Source: Thalia democratica (lineage: Eukaryota). Taken from it: DNA of 64,000 bases. Location of the stretch: assembly GCA_965202585.1 (NCBI GenBank), contig OZ241834.1, positions 2,108,001 through 2,172,000 of the forward strand, given 5' to 3'. Both the position numbers and the translations under genes were made by a program. Positions within the stretch are counted from its first letter, which is position 1; each line of letters starts with the position of its first letter. Shown one piece after another: positions 1-12,300 of this stretch. A model generated the notes under the pieces. It was not told the origin of the DNA and searched no databases. It was given only the letters and a program-made list of their open reading frames with translations.

Positions 1-117
1 TTAATCAATAAAAAAGAATCGGCGAAAGCCTGGACTTTCGTATGCCTTGAGACAAGCTCAAGTTTAACAAAAGGGTTTATCATGCAAATTCGATCATCAG
101 ACTACAAGCCTTCGGTA

Positions 118-160
118 GACTGAGTCCGGTTTCGTCCTGATTAGAAATCATTAGTCAGTC
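118..160 (-). ncRNA. Degenerate hammerhead ribozyme copy (inverted arm)
   Basis: The reverse complement reads GACTGA CTAATGA TTTC TAATCA GGAC GAAA CCGGAC TCAGTC. The core (CTAATGA) and cleavage triplet (GAC) are mutated relative to the plus copy. Confidence 0.55.
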
Positions 161-196
161 ACAAACAAAAAACTTGTAGTCTTCAATTTTGTTTGT

Positions 197-239
197 GACT
201 GACTGATGATTTCTAATAAGGACGAAACCGGTCTCAGTC
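197..239 (+). ncRNA. Minimal type-I hammerhead ribozyme motif
   Basis: Stem I GACTGA(197-202)/TCAGTC(234-239); core CTGATGA(203-209); stem II TTTC-TAATAA-GGAC; GAAA(224-227); short palindromic stem III ACCGGT; GTC cleavage triplet (231-233). The G10.1-C11.1 pair is replaced by T/C, so activity is doubtful. Confidence 0.7.
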
Positions 240-2613
240 TACCGAAGGCTTGTAGTCTGATGATCAAATTGGCATGATAAACCCATTCGTTTCAAAATGA
301 GTTTAAAAACGTTTTTTAAATCCGAATTGCTATGATATAGTTAAAGCGTATCAAAAATATAATTAAAATGACAATTCAATATTTGTTTTTATTTTATTTT
401 TTAAGTTTATCTAATTTGGAGACTATCTACATTTATTTTCAATCTAAATATAGCTTTGGGGCTGTACGTTGCCCACCCTTTTTATAATCCTAACCTTAAT
501 ACTTTTTCAAAATAGTTCAGGCTTATTAATATGAAACTACACGTGTATAAGTAATTTTCTTATAATCTAATACCTCCAAATTTTTTTTTTAATTTAGAGC
601 TTTTAAGTTCTGTGATTTATTACACTTAATATTAACAAATTAATACAAAATGCGTAAGTTTTAGAACGTAAGTTTTAATACTACTCAATTTTTAACCTCT
701 CTTCTTTAGAAAAACTACTTGCTACAAAATTGTTAATTTACAAAAATGTTCATACTTAAAAAATATACTGTTCTAAAGTATACGTATAAGTTATAGATAA
801 TTTACACTGGTTTCGATTAATATCTTATAGATTTACTTATTTTATCTTCACTAATATCTTTGGTTTTTAAATTTAAATTTAAAAGACTACTTTACACGTC
901 TTTTTATACTAAAATAAAGTAGATATCTTTATGGTTGTTTTTAGTTAAAAATTTTTTGTAAGTTTTACAAAAAAAAATTCCAGCGTAATTTACAGCTTAT
1001 AGTTTTTTTATTTAGAAATTAATCCTATAGCTTTAACACTTATTGTAGAAAGTTAAAAACCATTTTCATATTTTAAAATTAAAACTTATATGACAAACCA
1101 CTTTTTAAACTTCATAATTTTTAAGACACTTAGGTTGTTTGATATTAGCTACTTTGTCATGTCAATTTAAGAAAGTTATTTTAAAATTTAAATTTATTAT
1201 GTTTTATCACTTTTAACACGTTCTGGGTTTTATAATATTCTAATTACTCCTTAACGATTTCTTATAAGAGAAAAGAGAATATAAAAGAAAAACTAAAAGC
1301 ATATATAATTTTTTTTGTAGCAATAATAGTAATAATTTAAATTAAAAAATGACAAGAGTACAATATTTTTCAAATCTAACACATACTTCGTTTATTCAAA
1401 AAATTTAAAAATAAAAAATAGCGCAGTCACAAACATAATAACAAATATAAAAGGCACATTAGTAAAACTATTGCAGTTTGTTATAAGTCTAAAAATTTTG
1501 TTGTACTTTTTATAAAATATTTTACCTCGTGAGTACTAAGAAAACAAAAGTGTAAATTTATTAGTACAAAAAGCAAAACCATCTTAAATTATTTTGCATG
1601 CAAATATCGATACTTTCAAAAAAAAATCAAAACTTTTCATTCATAAGGTAGTATATTTAAATCAGGTTCACTTTTATGCTTATTTATTTTCAATGAATTA
1701 CCAAAAGCAAAATTAAATACTTTATTTAAGGTGCAACAGTTAAAATTTATTAAATTTTTTTTAATTGTTCTACTAAACCTTTCTTTATTGAAAGCTCTTT
1801 ACCTAAACTAATTTGTGCATAGCAGGATAAAAGAAATAAATTATGAATTTTAGCAAACTTAAACTTCTATAATCAAAACTGAACACTGTTCTTTTCTTAA
1901 AACTATTTAAAAAATGTCTTTGTATAAACTTTTAAACTATCTAAACTATAATTATTTGTAAAGAACTCTAAATTACTTTAATTTATTGGTCTTTTTTATT
2001 CTAAAAATTCATATTATAGTACTAAGCTACTTTTCTAATACTTTGACTTACGTATATAGTTTTATTTTTATTTTTTAAACATAAAATACGTTTTTTTAAT
2101 ATATTTCTAACAATTAATTTCCGAAACTCTCAAACGAGATTGCTTATTCAGCTAGGATATATATTTTTTTAACACCAAGTTAAAGTATTTTCACTAAAAC
2201 TTATATAAAATAAAAAACTAACTTTTAAATCAGGGCAATCTATATCAAAAAAAAAATTGGGTACAAGCTTTTTATAAAAACTTACATACTTTATAGTAAC
2301 CTAACATAATCGTACTAACTTATCTTTTGAAAGTAAAAATCATCAGATAAGAATTTGAGTGAATCTGAACTAAGCTAAATTTAAATGAGAAAAAATTATT
2401 TATCAATAGGGGTGTAGCTGAGACCAAAGCTGCCGGAAATTACCACAAAATACTTAATAGTTTGTGGTTAAACAAGAAATTAAATGCTTATTATGATTGT
2501 AGGAAAATTTTTGGCAACTATGGCTGAGACAATAACGCAACGATGCAAATATATTCTAAAGTAAATTTTACACATTTTACAAAAGATTTACAGCGTCACA
2601 GCATCTTACCTAG

Positions 2614-5600
2614 CTACGTACCCTGTTCATAATATATGTAATAATATCTGTACGACATATTTCTGCTCTTGCTCCGGGTCTCCGGCCTCATAATCGCATG
2701 TTGTTTCTGCGCAGCATCAAAACTTTTCTGCATGTCCTGAAAATTTAAATTTAACCTCTAAAATAAGTAAATTTTTTTAAATTGTTTTTTTGTGCTACCT
2801 TAATAATGCAAAATAAGTATTCATGTTGTTGAAAAAAGTACTTTTTACTTACTTGTTAAATTCTAGAATGTACATAAATTATTGAAAATATTGAACACTT
2901 GAATCGATGAACTTTTTTACAAATATTTACTAAAAACTAAAAACTTCATGTTAATCTTCTATTGATAGTTAATACAAAATAGTGTGAAACTCATATTTAT
3001 TATAACCGGAGTCAGAATTTTATGGTCGCCGGCCTCAGTTTGCAAACCCTTAAAGTATTTTTTGAATTAAAATAGATCACTAAGTTCAAGAGGAACAAAA
3101 GAATCGATTTTTTTTGTTTTACTTATACAATTTTTTTCAGCTCCATAGAAATAATGTTTTTATTAAAACCTTAATTTTTTCAAACATTTAGTTTATTATT
3201 ATTATTGCAAGGTTATTGTCCGTATGATAAAAACCTAGGCCACAAAAACAGAAAGACACATAACGAAAAAACAAAAATAAATATATCATAAAAAGTTCAT
3301 TTTGTTAAAAACAAAGATAAAGCATATTTTATTATAAAATTTATAGATTAACATGATTAGCAGAAATTTAAACCAAAAACTTATTTACGCTTTGATGTAG
3401 AATGATGAACAAGTTTAAGTACCAAAACTTTTTTTTTAATGTTTATCATATTTTTTTAGTTTTAATATTTTAATAGATATTTGCAAGTTAAATATTTTAT
3501 TTACAACCAGGTTTCGATGACAAAAAATTGTGAACTCTTCAAAAAACTTGAAGAGGTCGCAACTTTTTGTCACCGAAACCTGGTTGTAAAAAAATATTTA
3601 ATTTGCACATCTATAAATAAATAAGTTTTTTACATAACAGTAAATTGAGCAATGTTTTTTAGTTAAGAAAAACAACTATATAACGTTAATATTTAGTAAA
3701 TAAAATTAATTTATTTATATTGTTCTTTCATTTATCTTCTTTCTATCACTTTCAAATGTATGAGAAAGAGCTATTGCAATAAAAAAAACTATAAGATTTA
3801 AATTTCTTTAATACTTGAATGACTGCATTTTCCTTGATTAAAAATAATAGAAAACTTAATAAAAGAAAAAGTTAGAATTTAACGAAAAAACTGATTTTAT
3901 TTATAGTTGTTTAATTTTTAAAAACTTTATTTAAAATTACCCTAATGACTTGGTTTTCCATCACCCTAGCAAGTTCAGAGTCTTGGTGCCTGATCTTTCT
4001 CAACTCACTTTCCCTCAACCTCTGCTCCCGACTGATCTGATTAATTTGTTCCGATCTCATCTGTTGCAATTGTCTACTCAACTTATCAGTCGATGGTGGA
4101 GCAGCATGCCTGTTTAATTTATTAAGTTTTTTTTCAAAAGACGCATTTTTATGTGAAATTTAAAATTTCCAAAGGAATATGCATCAAGTAACTAGGGATA
4201 TGCAAACAATTGTTTTATTTATTTTGTTTATAATAATAAGTTTTTTATTTAAAGAACGTATTTTTTAGATCTCTTAGAAAAAGCATACATTAGCTAGAAA
4301 TTTAAACAACATTACATGTTTTTATTTTGAAACAAATTTAAATTTAGTATTCTGATGACATATTAAAAATTAGTTTATAAGAGGTAAACTCACACATTAT
4401 AAATTTTTTTATTGTGTTTTATAAAAAATCTAAAAAAAAATAAAATAAACTTATGAGGGGAATACTTTACCTATACTTTTGCCTTAAAACTCAATGTGAA
4501 AACTTTTAATCTTAACATAATGTATTTTTACAATTTTATTTTTAACATTTTTGATATACGTTATTAACCTGGTTGCTAAATGATAAACTGTCATATTGAG
4601 TATTTTATTTAGTAAGTAAAACAATCATTTGATAAATAATTTAATAATGAATTACAAATAGTATAACAAAAACAAACCTGTTCACCCTGTATTGTTCATT
4701 GCTTCTCTGTTCTGTTTGATTGTTTTGATTGATTCTTGCTTGGCTAAATGCTCGGCTGAGAATAGCCTGACTTGTTTTTGCTGGAGCTTGCTGAACTTGC
4801 TGGCTCTCAACTAAGTTTGTAGCTGTGTTTGTTGGTTGTTTCTCTACCCAACGATACCGAGACCCTTGCATGCTTCGCTGCTTGTTCTCATTTGAGCTTG
4901 TAGTTGGTACATAGTTTTGTTGCTGACTTGCTTGGCTGAGATTACTCTGACTTGTTTTTGCTGGAGCTTGCTGAACTTTCTGGCTGTCAACTAAGTTTGT
5001 AGCTGAGTTCGTTGGTTGTTTCTTTACCCAACGATACCGAGACCCTTGCATGCTTCGCTGCTTATTCTCTAATGAGCTTGTAGTTGGTACATAGTTTTGT
5101 TGCTGACTTGCTTGGCTGAGATTACTCTGACTTGTTTTTGCTGGAGCTTGCTGAACTTGCTGGCTGTCAACTAAGTTTGTAGCTGAGTTCGTTGGTTGTT
5201 TCTTTACCCAACGATACCGAGACCCTTGCATGCTTCGCTGCTTATTCTCTAATGAGCTTGTAGTTGGTACATAGTTTTGCTGTTGGCTTGTTGATACAGC
5301 AGGTGGGCTTTGCTGAAGATTTTGTTGTGAAACTAAATTGATAGATCGACTTTTTTGTGGATCATTTTGCAATACTTGCTGACTATTCTGTTTGCTAATT
5401 TTGATTGATTGACTTGGTTCTTCAGAAATTACTTTTATTGACGTTAGAGATGCTTGGCTGAGATTACCATGAGTTGTTTTCGCTGGAACTCGCTGGACTT
5501 GCTGGCTCAGAACGAAGTCTGTAGAAGTTTTTGTAGCTGAGTTTGTTGGTTGTTTCTTTACGATCCGAAACCGAGACCCTTGCATGCTTTGCTGCTTGTT

Positions 5601-6350
5601 CTCTACACTTTTTTCCTGTACTAGTGATTTGTACTGCTCAATACTAATCGGCTTACCGTGTTCATCAAAACTGAAAATATTTAGCGGGTTGAGTGTTATA
5701 ATCTGACTGGGTTGTTTTTTTACTTCGTCTTGTATGCTCCTTTCTACCATGGCCTCACTTTTTTTCAACTGCTCGCTAAAACCTTTCGACCTGCTTTGTG
5801 TTGTATGTTGCACCGATTGCATCGTCTGCCCTACTTCCTTCTTCTGTAGCTCTAGCTTTGAGTACTTCTGCTTCAGCGAGTCTGTTTGGCTCTGCCTCGT
5901 CTGATCTTTTTTTTGCTGCCATATTGCGTAACTTTGTTTCTGCAAAGAACCATCTTGAGATACTCTTACTTTATTGCTTCTATAAAGACTCCTTTGACTG
6001 TCAGGCACTATGGTGGAACCTGAACTGGAAGAATGGCTGCTAGTTACCCCGGAGCTACTGTTATAAATATTGCTGTTGCTAGGGATGATATTTTGGCTGA
6101 TACTGGTGGTACTAATGTTGGTGTTGCTATGGATCTTATTAATGTTGTTATTACTGGTGTCATAATAACTATTAGTCATGTTGTTGTTAGTAATGTTGTT
6201 GTTACTAATGTTGCTGTTAATGCTCTTGTTACTCATGCTGTTACTACTGATGTTGTTCCTACTAAAACTGTTGTAGTTATTGGACAGCTGATTCGAAGAG
6301 GTCATCTTCGAAGGTCCACCGAAGTTTGCTGAGCTTCCATAGAATGACAT
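2614..6350 (-). CDS. Uncharacterised S/N/Q-rich low-complexity protein with three 60-aa tandem repeats and a charged, probably helical C-terminus (about 654 aa)
   Basis: Exons (minus): 6350-4678, 4109-3941, 2736-2614. Donors GTTTGT (4677) and GTAATT (3940) and acceptors aaacAG and tttcAG keep the frame (phase 2, then phase 0). Total 1965 nt ending in TAG. An acceptor (tttttcacAG) lies 14 nt upstream of the ATG. An alternative donor GTACGT at 2621 could extend the gene. No family recognised. Confidence 0.75.
3474..3613. repeat. Foldback (palindromic MITE-like) element in an intron of the S/N/Q-rich gene
   Basis: Arms of about 65 nt (..TTACAACCAGGTTTCGATGACAAAAAATTGTGAACTCTTCAA / TTGAAGAGGTCGCAACTTTTTGTCACCGAAACCTGGTTGTAA..) around a 5-nt loop at 3543-3547, with few mismatches. 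Confidence 0.8.
4745..5285 (-). repeat. Coding tandem repeat, 180-nt unit x3, plus a diverged partial copy near 5450-5610
   Basis: GACCCTTGCATGCTTCGCTG recurs at 4861, 5041 and 5221 (exact 180-nt period). It encodes QQQNYVPTTSSLENKQRSMQGSRYRWVKKQPTNSATNLVDSQQVQQAPAKTSQSNLSQAS. Confidence 0.95.
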
Positions 6351-9300
6351 AATCTATTATACGTCTGTGAAAAATACATTTAAGTTATAAAGTAGCTACA
6401 AAGTTGTTCAGGTTTAAGTTCATAGATATTTCTCAACTAAGGTCGAAACCAAGAAGCTAGCATATAAATTATCTGAGACATATTCATTATAAAGATGTGC
6501 TAAAAGTCTCATTTTTAACATCTTAAACAAATATAATTAAGCTTATGTTCATTAAATGCATTAAGATTATTTAAAGTGAGTCATTTATAAATTAAGCAAA
6601 AATGTACTTAACTTTCTCTTAAGTTACAAGACAGGTATATCTATAATGATAAAAAATACAAAATAAATATAGTTTTAAAATAAATTCGTGGAAATTTATA
6701 TATTTTTCAAATAGTTATAAATTGTACAAATAAACTCAACTGAACTACAAAAGAAAAAAACAAATTAACTATGGACTGCGCCTTACTATTGATTATCTTG
6801 TATAAATAGTCAGTGAACTAATAGTTAAAATTTTCGTTGGTAGTATAATTTGCATCAATAAATTAATATTTTGCTTAACCGCAATTGTATTAGCGTTATT
6901 TTTAATAATTCTTTTAAATTAAACATATTAAAAACTCACACTTATAAAGAAACACATCAAAAGTTAAAAAGTAATTCGCAGCAATCTTATTCCTTCTAAA
7001 AATTACAAAACTGAACCAAGATAGGCAAAATTACTCTAACAATTATATGGTTATAAAATCACTGTGAAATATTACTAGCTAAAATTGTTTTAATTATTTT
7101 TTATCAGAAAAAATAAACTATAAATGGACTTTTATTAAAACATTGCAACTAACTTTAAAAATATAAAAGTATAGCATACTTTTCCTTTGAGTAAATCTAA
7201 TCTAGTTCTAACTACTTCGAAGTGGAATGACATTTGCTGAAAGAATAAAAAGCATTTACTAAAGTTTATCTGAAGGGTTGAATCTTTATCTCATCAACAA
7301 ATCATTGGTTGTTTATCTAAGCAGTAGTGTTTATTTAAGTAATAAAAAAATAATAAATAAATAAGTAAATAGTACAATCCATTGTGTGGTTGCTGTTTTT
7401 AAATAATTTTGATTATAATTTTATTACAATTAATTTTACTTAGAAGCTTAACCACAGTTTTTATAAATAATCTAAGAAACTAACATTTTTAAATTGTTTT
7501 TAGAACTTTAATCCAACACTAAACAAGTAATTTTAATTAAAAAAAAATTACTTATTTATTTAAAATGAGAGAAGGAACTACACGAGAAAAGTTACTAAAA
7601 AATTTCCATTTGTCAGGCATAATCTAAACAACAATTCCTAATAAGGAAAAAAGTTATTCTCTAAAGAGTTATTGAGAACAGTACACAAACAACTTTTTTT
7701 TTAATTAGTCAAAAATATTATATTTCATTTTTTTTTTGTAACTGGATATTTTAAGACTCGCACACTAAGTGAGTATGAATAGTTCTTAATTTCAATTCAA
7801 TAATTTTTTTTAACATGTAACTAACTAAAGCTAAAAGGGATTACAAAAATATGAAATGAATATCAATAGTATATAAAATAAACTATCGTTTTCTTAAACC
7901 CTATATTTGTTATTTCAACTTATTTCAAATAACTTTATTGACTCAATTTTGAAGTTTGATTAAGAACCATCTACCATTAAAAAAAATTATTATGCACAAA
8001 AAACTATGTGATAGAATTAAAAAAGGGTAGATACTAGACAGGACTTAAACGAATTAAAACTAAAAAAGTATTTAGTATTAAAATTTTGATCCTAAAAAGC
8101 ATTATTGAAATATCTAAAGTAAAAACTTAATAAAATAAACTTAAATCGGTAGTTGTAAGACGAATACTTTTTTAAATGTATAACTTATATGTGCTTAAAA
8201 CATTATAAACTCATCAAATAGGTGTAAATCTCTATAACAAAATCTTAGCTAGTGATAACTATACTAACTAAACAAAACTTTTGTCGATATCTACATTAGA
8301 CCCTGCTCTGTTATGACCTTTGTTGGATTTAAATATATTTTTCTGAGTTAAAATGATAATTAAAATATATTTCAATGTCTTGGCGTTTTTTATGTATAGA
8401 TATCGTAAAAAATACTTATTTTCTTGTATGCCTTTACTCATTTATAACCTGGAACCTACTAAAAAAACAGCTTTAGTGTTTTAAACATGAACCCATTTTA
8501 GTATAAGCTAAAATGACAACTAAGTTAAGTTTTTGAAAAAAGAAAAACAAATTCAACAACTTTACTAACTTGCAAAAAAAAATGCTAACAACACAAAAAC
8601 AGAGTTAAATCAGAGTCACATTCTGTTTCATGTTTAATTTTTTTTTTTTTTTCATACTTTTTCTATCATTTCTATCATAATGCTTTATTAATAAACATGT
8701 ATCATATTACAACTAGCTACTGCAGTTTTTTATTAATTTTAAACCTTAAGCTACATTACTTATTTCAACTTTTATTAACTTATATAATAATATATGACAT
8801 ATTCAACAACAAAATAAAAAAATCAAAATATTAAGCTAAAACTTTACATAAAAACCATAGAATAGTCTTTTTATTATTATTTATGTTGTTTTCTTATAGT
8901 CCAGCCTGCATTAGTAAATATCATGAATGAAAAAAGCTAATAAAAAGCTCACAAGTAATTATAAAATTTATGTCACCACTAATATATTACCGAATTTATT
9001 ACTTTTTTATTAATGTTATTCCTCAGTTAAATAATAAACCTTATAAATATATTTAGTTGGTGAATCTAAACTGCACTAAACTAACTTTTTACCACTAAAA
9101 ACATATTTTTAACTACAAAAACAGAATACTGTTGTATTTTTAAGTTGAATAAAACCTTCTTTAAACAATTTTGAATTGATTTTATAAAATGTTAATTAAA
9201 TTAACAGTCTTCTCGATCACAAATAAATTTAGCACAACAAATTAAATATTTTTGAAGTGGTTTTAATTTAATTAAGGAAAATATACTGACAGGTTCTAAA

Positions 9301-12300
9301 AAACCACCTTTTTTTTACTTATTAACGTAAAAACGAACAAGTAGAGTAAACACAATAAATTTTAAGATTTTTTCTAGTAAATTTTTTCAATCATTTTGAT
9401 AATATTATTCTATTGTTCCTACAAAGCTTAAGTCACACTTAGATGAAAATAGAGGTTTATTAATTTGAAACTGATAAAATAACAAACAAAAAATATTTTT
9501 TATCAAAAGTTAAACTATAGGTAGCTGAACATTAAAAAATCTTTTGATCTACAAAAAAAAACTTAAAACAAAATTATTAAGACAAAAAATAATAGCTTTC
9601 CAAAATGCTTATCATAATCAACGCCGATTTTCTACTGAGCTATTCCCTATCTTTTTGTAATTCTGTCTTTTAACAAGCTTATTTATTCTTGAACAATTTT
9701 TTATGGTTCTATGTTTAAGAATTAAGGTGTTAGTTACAGAAAATCATCATGAAATTTATAATTTTTTCTTAATTTTCTATAGGTTAGTACATGAAATAAA
9801 AAAGCTTATTTAATAATCAAAACGGCGTATTTGAAACATTAACTGTTAATTTTTCTACAATCACAACAAAATTTTTGTTTATGTGCAAATTTACAGAATT
9901 CGTGGTACAGGTATTTTTCCGCAAAACTTAAATGTTTCAACAATTAAACAATCAAACAAAGGACCAAAAGCAGTGCAAGAATTGCAAAAGTTGTTGTTTT
10001 ATTTATAAACAAAACTGTTAATAAAACTACTAATTAAAGTTAGTAAATAAAAAAGGAATATTTCTTAAAAAACTAACAAAACATTATCAATTAAAGAGTT
10101 GTGTTAAATAATTTATTCATTGTTCTTGTTAACTAGTTCTCGTAAAACAGAAAGCAATTAGTGATATGTTCTCTTGTTTATAGTTGCGGGTCCACAGTGT
10201 GCTGTCAAAAGCAGAATTCTGGCTTATAAGGTAAATTCTTAACTTTTTTGGCTTTTAATCTAGTTTGCTTAAAAATTCAACAAGTTGAGTGCCAAAAGCA
10301 GTGCAAGGATTGTAAGTAATACATAAGTTGTTTTTTTCTGTAAACAAAACTCTTAATAAGACTACTTATTAAATAAAAACTAGAAGTATTTTATATAAAA
10401 AAACAGATAAAAAACGTTATCATGTAGAAGGTTATTTTAAACAATTTATTCATTGTTTTCTGACAACTAGTTTTGTAAAAAAGCAAATAGTAATTTTTTC
10501 TTATTTGCACTGCTGACCACTATGTAATATTCTTAAAATTTCATATTTTATTCATTACTCAACATTTTTAAGGATTATCGGTAACCGAACTCGCATTTAA
10601 CTTAACATTAATAGAAATTATTTTAATTTTTTGTTAGCTACGTTTTAAGAAATACTGATGATAGGAAATTATACTTAAAAGTCGGTCTGAGCTGAAAAAG
10701 AGCTGAGTCAGCAAGTTTTTTTAAAGCTTTTGTTTTATATTGACGACTAACCAGGGTTGATTTTAGAATTTTTTTTTATTCATATTGTTTGGGAAATAAA
10801 TCAAACTGATTATACAGCAGTACATTAGTAACTATAAGACCCCACCTTTCCTATCTATTACCTTGTTATTTATTTGTAGCGAAACGGTTTACTCTTAATC
10901 AATAAAAAAAAAATCAAAAATCAAAAAAAAAAAAAGAAATAAACTGAAATTATAATATAATTATAATATAGCCAACCAAGAAGTGTCTAGATTTTACAGC
11001 TGACAAAAATAAAAATTAAACCCAAAAAAATTGTAAGAATTTTAAAATATAGTTTTAACGTTGACACAACATATAAAACTAGTATTTATAAGTTTTCAAA
11101 ATTTCATTTATCTTATTGTTTAGTTCAATCAGATTAATTTTTAATAATAAAAAGAGTTCTTTATAAATGCTGTCATAGGTCGTCTAAAAACGAAACTAAA
11201 AATAAAGTGTTTATATATTCCTGAACATGACATAAAACTGTTCTGGTGCATGTATCAATAACCGAAAGGTTTTTTTATTCACTAGGTAATTGGACCAAAC
11301 TTTTGGAGTGTTTTTTTTCGTTCAATAAACAATGTTCACAGTTTTGAAAAATAGGTAGTACATATACTATAAAAAATGCTAGTTATACAAAATAAATTCA
11401 AATCAATTTATTTAAACGCTTAAAAGAATTAAAAAGTATAGAAAATATTGTTTAAAGTAAACTAAATGTTCAAATTACCAAAGTATTCTAAATTAAAGCA
11501 TTTTAAAAAGTGATTTTTCAATTTGGTTGTAACTAAAAGCACCTATAAACTTTGTACATTAAGTTCATGCTAAAATAACTTAAAATATCATTAAGTTTAA
11601 GGGTGCTTTTAAATAAAAATATTTTTGTATACGTTTGCTGAGTTTATCAATTTTATACGAATAATAAATTATAAGTTTTAGCCAACGACAAAACAGAAGT
11701 TGATTGCAAAAATACTTTTTTGAAATACACTTACCAGTAGTTACCAAAACAAAATGAAACATTTTTTAATCAATTAAATTTATCAAATTATTTGAATACC
11801 CTTTAGCTAAGCGAAATACCTCAGGTCAGGGACGTTCAAGCTTAATATCTGTTAAAGTTAGTTTGGACCACATTTCGAACATAAATGTTTATGCGGGACA
11901 CAAAATCAACATCTTATTTAATTTTTTATAATTTTACTAAGAAGACAAATTTATGCTAATAAGTTTTACTTTTAGTATCAAAACTTAAAGTGTTACTTAA
12001 GTCTAATTACAATCCAGTACGAACACAAATGTTTACGCAGGACAGAATGTCTTTTCTTGTTTTAATTTTACACTAAAGATCAAAGCTTGTGATTAGGTTT
12101 TAGTTCTACTGTTATAAAATTTTAAAGATAATTTAAAACTAACGAAATACAAATATATTATAAACAACATGTTTTGTAAAACTAAAAGTAAGTATTATTG
12201 TTTTACAATCCATTACTACTAATGATAACATATTCAACAATACATTCTCTTTCAAGATCTAAGTTTCTACAATTCCTTCATCATTTGTATTTTATTGTTA

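Larger units (their letters stand above)
73..284. mobile_element. Inverted repeat of a hammerhead-containing unit; likely Penelope-like element pseudo-LTR or retrozyme relic
   Basis: Arms 73-170 and 187-284 are near-perfect reverse complements around a 16-nt spacer, and each arm holds a hammerhead motif. Minimal type-I hammerheads and inverted pLTRs are established features of Penelope-like elements. No RT or GIY-YIG ORF is visible in the window. Confidence 0.55.

Noticed and set aside
257-292. Second CTGATGA as another hammerhead
   Set aside because: No GAAA at the right spacing (TAAA instead) and no downstream stem I partner.
5798-6332. Plus-strand ORFs 5798-6043 and 6033-6332
   Set aside because: Antisense shadows of the low-complexity exon of the minus-strand gene; no independent splice or homology support.
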